Positions 1-13,399 of a DNA stretch of 64,000 nucleotides are shown here, one piece after another. The position numbers were made by a program, and so were the translations under genes. The notes under the pieces were generated by a model that was not told the DNA's origin, searched no databases, and saw only the letters and a program-made list of their open reading frames with translations. The stretch lies in the NCBI GenBank assembly GCA_036172245.1, contig JAYWIR010000002.1:7130001-7194000 (forward strand), in the 5' to 3' direction. Source of the stretch: Raillietiella orientalis (taxonomy: Eukaryota). Positions within the stretch are counted from its first letter, which is position 1. Each line of letters starts with the position of its first letter.

Positions 1-1400
1 TGGGCTGGTCTTTTCGCTTCCTGTTTCCGGATGCACCTCATCTGTCGGTTCCATTTTCCGCCCACCCTAACCAGCCTCCCTCATTTCTTTCCTGTCGAAC
101 GCCTCGATCCAAGTCATCCAGATGAACGATTGGCGTCTCTTGACTCTGCTCCATACTCTTGCCATAGTCCATCTTGCCCCTTGGAGTCGATGTCTTGTAG
201 GACATGCGCAGTAGACAGATTTTATGAGCCCGGGATCAGGAGAAAAACACCGGATTTTCTCACACGGCATCTCCCTCCGTTCCCGATTCCCTCTTCCTCA
301 TTCAAGGCCTTTTTTCCCCTGCACCCGTAACGATCGAGAAGCTCTTTCGACTCCTTCCAAACATGCACCCACTGATTCTTGCGAGGTATTCGAACCTCTT
401 CCCTCTGAGACTCCGGATCGTATCGTGTTCCTTCTAGTTCTTCTTTCACGTGGCCGGCATGCATGCTTTTCCCCAATGCCCTCCTGTTGGCAAATCACAT
501 TTCGCATTCCCGACCCGCTGTATCCCTATTCCCATGTGCACGGGGTGCATGCTAGCTCTGCTAGGGCTACTCCGTTGGGCTCGTACCCATCATACCCAGT
601 GTTTTCTTCCTGTGGCGCATGCTACGCATACCGTGCACGCGTGTTTCGATCTTGACTTCGTTTCGCGTGCTCATTTGCGGAAATGTGTCCCTTCGGTGCC
701 TTGCTCCTATCCTCTTACCTAGTTGTTGAATGCAAGCAGAAGACCTCGAACGAGCAGGCTTGAGGCGACGCTGGCGTAGAAATGTGGAGCCGTTTCCATG
801 TTTTTAATCGGTCCATCTTTGCTCACGTATTTTCTTCCTGTTCTGTCTGCAGTGCTGGCACTCTGTACGCGTTCCCGGTCTTCCGTTCTCCCGAAAAAAC
901 TTGCGAAGCGTTCCGGAACGCCTTAGCGCGCCTCTGTTCTTCTGTCCGTTGGATGCTCCGTCGAGAAACCTCGGTTTGGGCCTTCGTCACGGGAAGAGAA
1001 ATGTATGGCTCCCCCCAGTCGTCAAGTCCAGGAGCTTCTCGTGAACCTGCGCAAGCGGCGTTTCTGCAGATGGTGGCACTCCGGCGACTTTTAGAGTTTC
1101 CGCCCTTGTTCGGGGAGCGCAGGAGTCCTCCCCAAGTCGCTTCCGGGGGAACCTTCCTCAGGCGTCCCGATATCGAAGCGAGGCTCGGTGAGTAGGAGTG
1201 ACCGCTCCTGGCTGGCTGGATGACCATCCGGAGACACATGCTTTTGGATTGGGCAGTAGGGCTAGGCTGGGTTCCGGGAATCCGCCTCCTTCCGCCTACG
1301 CAAGTTGGACCAGCGGCTGCGCTAAAGAGCAGACTGCTCCCTGCTTGATTGTTCCTCGCAACATTTGGATTTTTGTTCTCTTTCTTTCTGCAGAACGGGG
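1..1400 (-). pseudogene. Highly decayed L1/Tx1-like ORF2 relic
   Basis: Reverse-strand fragments RRAKAFRNASQVFSGERKT and APHFYASV (linker-like), and ARVWSRV (weakly like AWSRV of the intact ORF). Heavily frameshifted. Confidence 0.3.
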
Positions 1401-2299
1401 ACGGGGCTCTACTGAGATGGAGGCATTCGCGCGGAGGTGCCGGTTTATCGATCCAGGCCGTTCTTCTCTTCCCCCTCTCCCCTTTCTTTCTCTTGCAGGG
1501 TTTCGCTAGAAACACTCTTGAAGCTTTGCGCCGGAGGAGTTTGCGAGGTCCCTGAGGGTCAGGTAGCGAGCCTACGCGGCCCATCAGTGGTCCTGGGATG
1601 AATGCCATCCTCGCGTTGCTCCGTCTGGACAGCGAAACGAGGTTTTCCCTACAGCGAGCACCCAATGAGGGGGAGGAACCCCTTCTTCCGGGTAAAGGAT
1701 AACTTTTTTACCAAGCAACCGTTCCCAGAGCCTCCGGAAGAGGCGTTTTGCGTGAATTCCGCGGGGAGGGTGATCCCGCCCGTAGGTGTCCATCCAGGAA
1801 CGTCAGCGGTGGATGAGAGATGACTCGGGAAGAGGATGCAGTCCCGGAGTGCTCCAGGGAATTCATCCTCCCACTCCGGGACGCGAATGCAAGATGTGCG
1901 AGGAAGAGCTGGGTCAACCGGGGGTGGAGTCTTCGGGATGGAAGGGGGAGGGGGCGTCTTCGGTTTCGGGGAGGAAGAGGTGGGGACAGAGGTTTGAGGG
2001 GAAATCAGGGGCGCCACAGGCTCCTCCCTGTCCCGATCGTTGCCCCGCGGGGGATCCCTTCGGGCTGAAGACTCTCTCTCTTCCTCTTACCTCCCTACCC
2101 CTTCTTCTTCACAAGGACACTCCCAGGCCAACATCCACCTCGCTTTCCTGGCGTGATCGTGGACCGCTATTTAGGGCTGTTTTTCGCTCTGCCCCTTCCA
2201 CGCACCCGGCGCTCCTTCGTGCATGGCTCCGCGCGACTCGCCTTTGACCTCTCGGCTGGTGTGCTACTCCTCCCTCCGCTTCGAGCCTGGACTGCGGCC

Positions 2300-5200
2300 C
2301 ACTTCCATGGCTGAGTTCTCGCTCGAGACTGCTGTTCTGCTTGAGGAACCCGCCATCGGTTCGAACGGTTTTTATGTCTTCCAGTGATCTCTGAAAGAAC
2401 CCCAAACGCGCCCTACTGGAGCAGGCACCCAGCCTCTCCTCCTGGCAGAAAACGCCACGAGAATCCTTTCCTTCCCGAATCTTGTCCACCGTCAGGAACT
2501 CTGGGAGCGTTCGAGGCAGCGAGATGAGCCGTGCTCCAGCATCCGTATGGCAGATCCGGACGGATGCTGGAGCACTTGTCGGGCAGGGCGGAAAAACGAG
2601 CATCTGTATGCCCGCAGAGGGGTCCAGAGGGCATCCGGCCTCTTTTACCTTCCGGAGAGGCAGATGACTTTGCAACTCGCGAGCGCTTCGAGCTGCTGAC
2701 CTCATAGGGCCCTGAGGTTCCGTGGAAGTCTTGGGGCAGTGCGGCACTTTCGTGGAAAGGAGGGTGCAGAGTGGGCGTCACTGCATCCTCCTCTCCCACC
2801 GGCTCCTTCCCAGAGGGTGCCTATCCCTGAGGCGAGGGTAGGTTACCGGAAGGGAGGCTCGAGGACAGCAGTTCGAAGGGGAACCTCGGCGCTTGACGAC
2901 GACCCCACAAGGCTCGCGCCATCGCAGTGAACAGGGGCATCCGACCGAGAAACCTCCACGGAGAGTTTGCGGCCGACGGAGGAGGTCAAGTCTCTGGCCG
3001 AGCCGAGAATCAAGGTCATCGAGCTGACGAGCACACGCGAGGGGAAACGCCGCCACATCGCTCACGCTCATCTCTGGGAGGCACAGCGTTCCCTCCTTTG
3101 GGAACCCCACGGAGGAGGAGGCAAGACGCGTCCTGCGTCTTCCTCTTTGCGCCACGCGTGCGGTTGCCAAGCTACAATGTCGTGGGTGCGCCTCGTTTCT
3201 GCACGAGGCATGCCCGCTGGCTGCGGTGCCAGGTGCACACGACGGAGGCGTGCAAACTGAAGAGAATCTATTTTTCGGTGCGCCTTCTGCCACTGGACCA
3301 CGGTTCTTATGTGATGGCAGGAGGGCCACCGAGAACCACCAGACCAGACCAAGAAGGTGGTCCAACGGAAATGAAGCGCCGGCCCATCCCCAGGATAGTC
3401 TTCGACCGGATCCGCTCCAGAGAGAGAAGGTCGAGGTGACCACCCCCTTCGGAAATCAGCCAGAGACTTTGGATAATTCCGGAAAGCAGAAGCGAAGCGC
3501 GCTCTGAAGAGTGGCGCTGCTCCTCTCCTCCAGAGATGAGTCCTCTCGCAGTGCATATTCTCGTGAAGGGACCTCTCCGCCCAGCGATGAAGTCCTGGAG
3601 GAACCGGAGATGCCACGGAAGGCGAAGTGAGCATCCGAGGACGGCAGATGCAGATACATCCCCGACGCATCCTACGGCAACGAAACGGGACCTCCTCCCC
3701 TTCCCCCGGCGCCCACGGTGCCAAGGATGGTCCGCGTTTGCCCACCTTTTTTTTTTCTTCGAGCCCTCTCCTGCGGCTCAGCCTCTGCAGCTCCCACCTG
3801 TCCTCGAGCGCCCCACTAGGGACAGCGATTGATGGGACCACCCTCCGGAGTTCTCTGGTCGCGCCATACCACCGAATGGAGCCAAACGAGCTCTTCGGGA
3901 AGACTCCAAAGCTGTCGGGAGTGTGGGGAGTTTCCCGCTCTCACTCGAAATCCCCGCTGGGTGTGTTCCTGGGCGTCCCTCATCGTCTCGATAAGGAGCA
4001 AACAGATTTCCCCTCCGCAGGAGGCTCCAACAGCAAAAGAGGAGGAGGCGCCCGCGACTGCCTCCTCCGGACCTCTTTCTTAATGGCCGGCTCGAAGGTG
4101 GCGGTGTCGAAGGGGAAGGGCGCGCTCTCGGAGCCGCAGCGTGCCGATGCGGAAGAGCTGCTTCTGGACCCCTCACTGCCACCAGGGTCGAGGCGATAAA
4201 GGCTAACTATCACCGGCTGCATCCTCCTTTACAAGACTTGGAAGGGAAGGGGGGAAGGGGTTGCGTACCGAAGAGCGGGGCACCCTGCTGGTCAGACCTG
4301 GGACCGCAGCGCCACCGCCATCCTCGCTCCCTCATCGCAAGCGCGCGTCTTCACCCCGTCTCCCAATGCTGCTTCGCGCTCCTTCCCCTTCGCTCCCTGT
4401 GGGACGAAGAAAGGGGGGGAGACTTCTTCCTGGCGGCGGCCATGGCACCGCGGCGGAGCGGAAAGCGGCGGGAAGAGAGAGCACGAGATGGCGGCGGCGG
4501 AGGAAATTCCCCCCTCTCTCCTTCCGGGGCCCCAAGGCCGGTCGACCGGAACCATGTCGATTTTGCGCGCCCCTTCCAGACCCTTTCCAGGACCATTCTA
4601 ACGGAGGGCCCTCCGGCAAGAAGCCAAGCCTTCAAACGGCGTTCCGCCGCCTCTGCGGCGGCCTTTTTCAAGTGCGCGTGGCTCGCGGAAGACTCCAGAG
4701 CGCGAATGAGACCCCCGGGCAGTTCCCGCAGGGAAGAGCAAACTCTCACAAAAGGGCGACAGAGACGGACATCCGCATTTTCCACCCTCTCCCCTTCCCC
4801 TCTTCCCCAGCCTCTCGCTCTGCTTCCTGCCGCACCAGAGCGACTTTCACTCGGATGAGCACATTAGAAGAAGGGGAGAAGTGAGGAGGAGGTGGAGGGG
4901 ATGAGGAGGAGAAGAGGGGAGGAAAGGGACGAGAAGAGAAAAAGGAAAGGAGGAGGAGGAGGAGGAATAGGAATAGGAATAGGGAAACCTCTTCCAAGAA
5001 AAATCTTCCTGGCTTCTGGCCTCGTCCGTGCTTGTTCCTGTGCCGTCAAGACGAATCGTCTGGAGCCGTCTGGATAGGCTTATGGGATCGCGTCGCCCGG
5101 GACTTTTAGGCTCGGGGTCCGGTGATGGCTGGAAGTGATCCGTGTTACAGAGGCGTTGCATCTGGTTCTCGGCATGGAGATCCACCGGGAGCAGAGGAGG

Positions 5201-6300
5201 AGACAGGGCCTGCACGAGGGTGCCGCTGCGGCCGTAAAGGGGCTCGCAGGGGAGGGTCCCTGGAGAGGACCGTCTCCTTGGCACTGGTGACCATTTTCGT
5301 CCCCGTGGTTCTTGACACCTTCCTCGAAGGCCCGGAAGAGAAGACGCAAGGTCGCCCATCGACCGCCGTCCTGAAGCGAAGTGCGCGTGCCTGCAGGGCT
5401 TCCTCCGCAGCCTCCGTCGCTCCTCCTCCGTCCTGTCCTGGCTCCGAGCCTCCGGCGGGTCGCAGGGCACGTTGCCCCAGCTGCTTGGAACGGCTACCTG
5501 GCAGCCTCGAGGCGGGCCCACCTCACGGGAGCGAGAGGCTCACGGACCCTCCTCTGCCTCGGGTCGGCTCGGTGGCGATGCCTCCGCGTCCGGTGACACG
5601 GCGTCCTCCTCTCCGGCTGCCCCTGAGCTCCCAGGCAGGGCACCACGAACCCCTTTGGCTCCTCCCCTTGTTCCCGGGACGCAGGGGTGTTCCTGATATG
5701 GGAGCCGGGAAGCGGACCCGGGCGCTCGGCTCCCCAAGACCTCCCCTAATCTTCCTCTGGAGCAGTGCCCTCGGAATTTTCCTTTGAGGCGAGGCTCGAC
5801 CTTTGCCCTCGCTCTCTTCTCCAGAGGTATCCATCGGCTCGGCCGGCTGAGACTGGGATGTGGCTCAGGGTGCCGGAGGCTCCGGGAGTGACCGCCATGC
5901 GGAAGGAGAGGTTCCTACTGCACGGGAAAGAGGGGCAGAACGAGGTGGACCCAGAGGCCCTCTCCGGGAACGCCACGCGCGAGCCAAGGTGGTCCCCCGC
6001 AGGTGTCCTCCCAGCCACCTGGGACTCCTCTGCTGACCTCCTTCAAAGGCAGACCCTCCTCCCCAACTGCTCCACCCCTAGCGTCCGCTCCCACATCTCC
6101 AGCCACCCAGCCACCGCCATCTTCAGAAGCGCCACCGAAAGACGCGGGAAAGGATTCAGGGAAAAGGAGAAGAGGGCCCCGGGATCCAGGAATGGTCTTT
6201 CCGGAGACCCGGACATTCCTCTTTTCCCCGGACGGCCGCTCCCCTCAGTCCCGGGGACGCAAGGGAGCGGAGGCCCTCGCGGGCACTGAACACCGCTCCA
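2300..6300 (+). repeat. Old GC-rich repeat (family B), possibly an ORF1/gag-like relic
   Basis: Patchy similarity to the reverse strand of 36000-39300 (cacggagg.gg.g.gcaagacgcg; aaggggaag.g..) and 53600-54900. Degenerate Cys/His pattern at 3190-3320. Confidence 0.3.
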
Positions 6301-6439
6301 GGGGCTGCACGTTCCCCTTCCGCTTTCAACTCCGCTCGCTGGCGCGTTGACCCTCCAAGCAGGTGCGCAGAGGGGCACCTGACCCGTTCCCAGGTCCATT
6401 AGCCTCCCGGAAGAGCCTCCCGGTCCTTTCTTAGCACCT

Positions 6440-7366
6440 GCTAATTGGGGTCGCCACCTCCCCCCCCCCGTTTTCTTCCTGCTTCTCTCCCTCTCTGCCG
6501 CACCTCCCCCTCCCCTCTCCCACCCCTCTCTCTGCGCGACCCGTCGCCAGCATGTACAGCCCGCCGCCCTGCCTCCGGGCATTTCTTCCTCCACCCCTTC
6601 TCCCCTTCTCGTGGACGCACCCTCGTCACGGGGAAGGGAGCAGCGGTGAGTCCCACTCGGAGGTGCGGGTGTGGGGACCTCCCTCGCAGCTGGAGAGCGG
6701 ACAGGCGCGCGCATCTGGAGGAGGAAGAGGGAGGGGCGGCGGCCGTTCGCAGGCGCCGTCGCCTCGGCAGCAGTGGCGGCGGCAGCAGTCAGGCGCTGCG
6801 GCGGCGGCGGCGGCGGCGGCGGATCCACGGAAGCGAGGTGGGGAGGGGGCGAGAAAAAGGTGGGGTGGGGAGGGAGGGTAAGTGCGAGCTCCGTCCCGGG
6901 CACGCCACCGCCGCTGCTTCCACTGTCGCTACGCCCTGTGCAGTCGCCCCATCTGTCGGCGGGGTGGTCGCTGATGGGTGTGCCCGGTGTCTTCGTCCTA
7001 CGACACCGCCGCTGCCATCTCCAGGCCGCTCCTCCTTTCATTTTCCTCCTCTTCCTTTCCCCTTCCTTCTCTCCTTTCCCTCTCCCCCCCCCCCCTCTCC
7101 TCTTCATCCTTCCTTCCTTCCTTCCTTCCTTCCTTCCTTCCTTCCTCCTCCTCCTCCCATCCTCCTCTTTCCTTCCTCTTCCTCTTGCTCGCTCGCTCGT
7201 TCGCTCCCTTCCCTTCCCTTCCCTTCCCGGCGGCGGCGGCAGCGGCAGTGGCGGCAGCGGCGGGCGGCGGCGGCCGCAGTGGGACGACGACGACAGGTCA
7301 GCAGGCGCGCTATCGCGGATCAGTTCGGATGGAGCCGCTCGGCGGTGCTCGCGAGGGCAGCTGAAG
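6440..7366 (+). promoter_or_regulatory. CpG-rich putative Wnt2 promoter/5' UTR with (GGC)n and (CCTT)n tracts
   Basis: Very GC/CpG-rich. (GGC)7-8 near 6799-6822, polypyrimidine/(TTCC)n near 7040-7225, directly upstream of the start codon. TSS unknown. Confidence 0.5.
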
Positions 7367-10300
7367 ATGCGCGGCGGGTCGTCCCTGTGCCTGGCCATCC
7401 TGCTCGACGCGTTCCTTTCCGACGCCACGTGGCTGTAAGTACAGCGCTGACCACCTTCCCCTCTGGCCCCTCGCGCCCCTCTGCCCGACGATCGGATTGC
7501 TCTGTTCCCTTCTCTCCCAGCTCCCCGCATGCCCCAGGTGCCCTCTCTCGCCCGCTTGCCTTGGAGACGCGCGGGCAGGACGGAGGGGGGCGCGTGCGCG
7601 CAGCCGCCTCCGGGTCGCTTCTTTTCCCATCATCTCCCCGCTGGAGCCTCGGGAGTGTTCACCGGAGCGAAGGGGGGTAGGGGGCTTCACAGTCCCCAGG
7701 GAAGAGCGCTCTCCCAGCTCCCATGCTGCACTTCGCTCTCCCCCCCCCTTCCCCCCTCCGCAAGCTCTTCTTCGGCGAAACAGCGGAGTGACGGGGGCTG
7801 CGCTCGCGGGGGGCCCACAGGACGGCGCTCGCCTCCCATTCCGCCCTCGTCCTTCGCCTCCAGCCACTCTTTTCCGAGGCTCCCGGACGACCGCATGTGC
7901 CTGGTCTTGCCCTTCTCCCCGGCCCTCGTTCTCCCCTTCGGCCCGGAGGGGAGAACGAGTGCGCGAGCCCCTTCTTTTTCCCTCCTTCTCCCCCCTTCCG
8001 TTCCTTCGAAGAGCGTCCCGGAGCTTCCCCCGTCGATCGATTCACCTCGCCTTGGCGGGAGGGACGCAAACCCGGAGCTGCCCCTTCCGGGGGGAGCGGC
8101 GGTGGCAGTCTCCAGCAGCCACCGCCTCAGGGAAGAAGCCAAAGGAGGGGCTCGGCCAAGGCGCGCGGCGGCGACGGGGGAAGTGGGGGCGGAGTCGCGC
8201 AGCGGAGGCTTCTCCGCGGCGGCGCTCCCGCACGCTCCGCCTCCTATCGCCGTGCAGCCCGCCCCCTCCGTGCCTCCACCGGCCGCCCACCGCCCATCCA
8301 CAGGCAGAAGGCACGCGCGCCACGGGCTCCCTGCTCGGTCGGTCTCGCACGGGTTCGCTACCTCCTCCTGTCCCACCGTTCCCCTTCAAAGAAGCTGGAT
8401 GGGGAGGAAGAGAACGCGGGGGATGAGCCCATGCGCGCGCGCTCTCAGAAGGTGTTGTGGGCGGAGCGGAGCCGTCCGCCGTGGAGGAGGACACGCGGGG
8501 ACCTCTGTCCCTCCTCCCCTTTCCAAACCTGCGATTGCGGATGCGAAGCACGATTCCCGGTCCCCGATCCGGGATCCAGGGGAGGAAGCGAGCCGGAAAA
8601 TCTTCCTGAGGGGACGCGCGGAGTGTCCCGAGGTTCGTACCGGGACGTGAGTCCTGGGGACGTCTCGCCGCGGGAGGGAGGGAGAGCGCGAGGGAGACGA
8701 CAGCATTCTCGGGAAGCAGACGAATGGCAGGGTCGGTTCGCTCTTTTTTCTCCTGGCGAGGGGCGTCGTCTCTGGGCGCGCGCTACCGCCCCGGGGCCAT
8801 GTGGCAGAACCGCGTGACGACTGTGCCCGACCCTGTCGAAGAACCCCCGCGATTCCCGGTCGCGAAACGAACTCGGGTCGTTTCCCAGATCCGGTCCCGC
8901 CAAGCCAGGCCGGAAGCTTTCCGCTCCGTGCTTCCCTGCAATTCCGCATAACGCCAGCTTTCCTCCTCGGGGCCCGAAGCCCCTCGCATGGCGCTTAGGT
9001 GCGCATGGTGGTCCAAGCCAACCAGCGTCCCCATTGGGTTCCTCGACACTTTCACTTGCGGCAAGTCCCACTAGCTGGAGCCAGGAAAAAAAAAGAAAAT
9101 ACTTTCTAGATCTTTTGCTGGATTGGTGCCATATTGGTGCAATTTTCCTTCCAGTTTCCTGAGCCAGCTGCAGCTCATGGACGTTCCTGGGTCAAGAAAC
9201 TACTGCAGTCACATCCCTGGATTCGTCAAACGACAAAAACACCTATGCATGCAAAATCCGGAAGTGCTACCGAGCATAACCCAAGGAGCCAAGGACAGTA
9301 TACAGGAGTGCCAGTTCCAGTTCCGGAACCACAGGTGGAACTGCTCCGTTGTATCGAGGGACGTAACGGTGTTTGGCAAATACTTGCTGAAATGTTAGTC
9401 TTTGTGTTTTTTGAAGTCCCGGCGGGCCCGTGGGTTCCTCCCAGCGCGGCTCCCACCGCGTTCCAAAAGCACGCGTGCCGGCGCGTGAAAGTAGGAGGCG
9501 TGCTTCCGGGAGGCTGACCTGCAACATCCTCCCACCGTTTGCTTGCACCCGCCGGTCCCGCTGCTGCTTGTCTCTCCCGTTTGCGAACGAGTTCGGGGTC
9601 CCGGGGGATCCAGAAAACTGACGACGCTTTTCCAGTTGGCAGCCGGGAAGCAGCCTTCGTGTACGCCCTGAGCTCCGCAGCGGTGGTGTACGCCGTCACC
9701 AGGAGCTGCAGCGCTGGCGTCCTGAAAGGCTGCGGGTGCGGCGCAACGCAGGTAGCGGGACAAATCAAGGGATGGAATGTTTCCAGTGGACCCCAGGGTG
9801 CGCCCAGGAGTTCCCTGAGCAAGTTCCTGTGGGGCGGCTGCGCGGAGAGCGTCAAGTTCGGGAAGGCTTTCGCCAAGCGGTTCGTCGACGCCAGGGAAAA
9901 GTACTTGAGGGACGCGCGAGCCCTCATGAACTTGCACAACAATAAAGTCGGCAGAAAGGTTGGCAAAAGGGTCGTAAGAGGCAACGGTTACAGCTTCACC
10001 TCGCGCCCCCCTCCCCCCTTGTCCCCCCTTCCCTCCCCCCTCCTGCCAGGCTGTCGAGCAAGCCGTCCGGACGGAATGCAAGTGCCACGGCGTCAGCGGC
10101 TCGTGTGCTGCGAGGACGTGCTGGAAGGAGCTGCGCAGTTTCCGCGTGGTCGGCACTTACCTGAAGGAGAAATACGACGGGGCTACCGAGGTCATGATGA
10201 ATCAGGAAGGAAGCTCTCTGACCTTTGTAAATAAAGACATGCAGCTTCCCACAAAAGGCGATCTCGTGTATTTCGAGCCGAGTCCAAGCTATTGCGAGAG

Positions 10301-11731
10301 AAACGATCTCTTAGGTATTTATTTATCCATGCCTGCACCTGATTTTCGCTGCGAGGGATGTCGAACGCGCGCTGGGAGGTTGCGTGACCGGGATAGCGCT
10401 CCGGTGGTGTCCTAGCTGGGAAGTTCGAGAGCTTTCCTTCCGCGTTGTCCCGGGATACCCCCATCGGGGCGGCGCGTGCACGCTCGCGTAAGGATGTCTC
10501 GCGCTCACGCGACGGCAAGCGAAGATTCACCGACGACGGTCCGTTTTGCTAAAAGCTCGCGCCAGAGAATCTGTGAGCGGGTAAAAAAAAAAAGAAAAAA
10601 AAAAAAAGAAGGGTAATGGAATGCATCTCTTCTTTTCCTGCAGCTGCTGCTGCTGCTGCTGCTTTCGCTTGCAGCCGTGGGGACGTTCCAGAAGAAGCCG
10701 AATGCACACCCCCGTGCTCCAGACCGCCGTCGGAAAGGAAACACCGACGCGCTCTCAGCAGGCGTTTTCTTCTCCTCGGCTTTCAAGTTCGTTTCGCTGA
10801 CGTCCCGAGCGCATCCCCTGACCGCCGCTATGTAATGAAGAAAGGGAACGCGAATTTCATCGGGAATTTCCTGCTAACGTCATGCCTTGCGAGGCGGTAC
10901 GGAATCCACCCCCCTCCCCACCTTCGTCCTGCTTTTCCTTGGGGACCGCGTCTCCGGTTCTTGAAAATCCTCAAGAGTAGGCGCGACCCTTTCATTGTGA
11001 CCAGCTGCTGCGATTCGCCTTCTGCGAGGGGTCGCACGCGGCTGCCATTAGGTGGTCAGCGAGCACGTAGCACGGCGCCGCGAAAGCAGCCGACGGCTAC
11101 GAGCTCGCACGAACTTCCGGAACAAAAGGAGCTGGTGAGCTCCCGGGATCCCGTAACTGTGCTAAAAGGATTCCTTGAATGGGAAAATCGAAGGATCCGT
11201 TCTCTCGTTTCGGACACGGCTCCCGTCTGGGTTCGTACGCAATCGGGAGCAAATCGCTTTATCACGTGGAATGAAATTGTGGCCCATTTAAGTGAAGCGT
11301 GCATTTCGCGCGATGCGGCACGAGCAAAAACACCTCCAAGCACGGGAAAGTAGGGAGGTCGTTCGCTTCACTTCAGGGATGATTTTCCAGATGAAGCCAA
11401 TTGCCTCTTCGAAATTTTCAAAGGAAACCTGAGTGCCCATCTTTCAGGATCGTTAGGGACTGCAGGAAGAGTCTGCGATCGTAATTCTCAAGGACCCGGA
11501 GGTTGCGAGATCCTATGCTGCGGAAGAGGATACGACACGCGCCGTGTGTTCCGCCGTTATAAGTGCGACTGCCAGTTTCTGTGGTGCTGCAGCGTAAAGT
11601 GCCAGGAGTGCAGCCGTTGGGAAAATGTGTACACTTGCAAAAATGTACGGGTCCTTTCTCTTGAGATTCCCAACTCCCCTCCCCCCCCAGAGCTAAACAG
11701 GCGTCTTGCATTGCAGGAGGGAGTTTCTTAA
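7367..11731 (+). CDS. Wnt2: Wnt ligand, Wnt2 subfamily. Exons 7367-7434, 9155-9393, 9636-9958 (possible extra 45-nt intron 9752-9796), 10050-10314, 11448-11731; ~377-392 aa
   Basis: Signal peptide [23 protein letters not shown]. Wnt motifs [47 protein letters not shown] (lipidated Ser), [29 protein letters not shown]. All introns GT-AG with matching phases (2,1,0,1). Wnt2-type residues [41 protein letters not shown], plus linkage to ST7. The exact C-terminus is uncertain. Confidence 0.93.
10643..10662. repeat. (GCT)n microsatellite
   Basis: gctgctgctgctgctgct run in the last long Wnt2 intron. Confidence 0.8.
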
Positions 11732-11977
11732 GACGGTCGCGTGAAGAAGGAATCTTGGAAACCGTTGCACGACGTGACAAGGCGTCATCATACGTACCGT
11801 ACAGTGGAAGCGCTGAAAGACTCCGAAAATGCTCTGTCTGAGCAGGCGAAGCGTGAGACCAGACTCGCAGCTTGGCATCAACGGGAGATGAAAGGGAAAT
11901 CCAGTAATGTTTTTGTTGCCTCGGTGCACACGAATCTTGCTGGGACCGATCCCTGCTAGATGCCCGACTACAGAAAG

Positions 11978-11983
11978 AATAAA
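11978..11983 (+). promoter_or_regulatory. Candidate Wnt2 polyadenylation signal
   Basis: First AATAAA after the stop codon, about 250 nt downstream. Confidence 0.4.
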
Positions 11984-13399
11984 GCATTATTTATCTAGAA
12001 GGATGCTCCCCTGATTCGCGACAGAGCACGAGTTCATGAAAAAAAGATGCTTCTCTCTCTCTCTACCCCCCCCCCCTTCTCATTAAACTCTTTTAAAATT
12101 CATCCATGCACGAACTGATCCCAGCCTAGATATGGCTCCTCTCACTTCTGGATTGAAGAAGATCTCTCTTTTCTATCTAGGGATGCAGTAATCAAAAAGG
12201 GGGGTTTTGCGATTTTGACTGATTTGCCATCGATCTTTTTCAGTGCCATCGATCACCGAAAAAGATAGCCTTGCAAGTACAGGCTGCGTCAGGACCAGCG
12301 TCAGGCAGTTCGGTTCGGTTGAAGAGGGGATTCTTTTCAAGAGAGAGAGAGAGAGAAAAAAAAAAACATTATCCATCAGCTCCATGCATCCTAGGGCATC
12401 AGGCTGACTTTACATGGAATTTCGCGACTTTTAATGGGAAAGATCGGGAACTTTCTAGGCGTGTGTGTTTGTCAGGGCCGTCAAATCCTCTTGAAGTGGT
12501 TCCATGCGAACCGCCTGGTCTGCGCTGCCGAAAGATCTGCTCAAAGCAAATCAGTTGCACGCCAGCAGCTTTTAGAACTGGCGTTCGGGCGATACAGCAT
12601 CCCGGTCCTTACTTACGAAAGGCGGGAATACTCTAAAAAAATTTTTTTCAGAGTATTTTAGAAGGCAGAGGGAATGGCAGTGCTTCTTCGTTTCTACAGG
12701 ATCTTTTAGCACTGCACTGCACCTGTTCGGCTCGAAAGGATCATGCTGTGTTGTCTTCTCCAAGCTGCTGATCGATTCACCATTTCAAGAAGGGCAGATG
12801 ACAATTTCTTTCTTTCTTTCCTTTTTTTCCAGCGTATCGGAATCCAAAAGCGTGAAATTCATTTCCAGTGGTGCAAGCTACCACTGCCGGCGCCCTCGAA
12901 GAGAACGGGGAGACGCCGAAAGCTGCGTCCTGCAGTGTTCAGAGGTTTACCTGCATCTCGTTTTTCTCCCGAGTTGCGACCTCCCTACAAGTGTCGCAGG
13001 AGACCTGGCTCCAAAAAGCTCCATGCACCAAGCAGCTCGCTAATTTTGTGAGCAAACTGGAGATCGCACAGGACAGGGAAGTGGACGGAATTTCAATTTT
13101 CACAGCACAAGCAAGGATTCCGAGGGCGGGAGATTCCCTTCAACCCAGCCGGCGAGCCAGGACCGCTGCGCTGCCCGACTTGCACGTTCCTGCGTTCAGC
13201 ATCTTTGAAAACAAAAACAGCAGCCACCTCACGGGGAGGTTGTCACTACTGGCATGGGATGATCACCACCCGGTTATGCCGGGACGTTTATTGCGTAAGG
13301 TGATGAAAATACATTGGTGTGGTAGAACCGTCGGTTCTACCACGTGCAAGGAGCCCGCTGAAGAGCCGCGCGCAGACCGACGACGTGTGGGGGAGGGGG

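Noticed and set aside
6043..9071. Many long overlapping ORFs (up to 495 aa) around Wnt2 exon 1
   Set aside because: GC-rich low-complexity sequence with few stops. Arg/Pro/Gly/Ser-rich translations occur in all frames with no domain.
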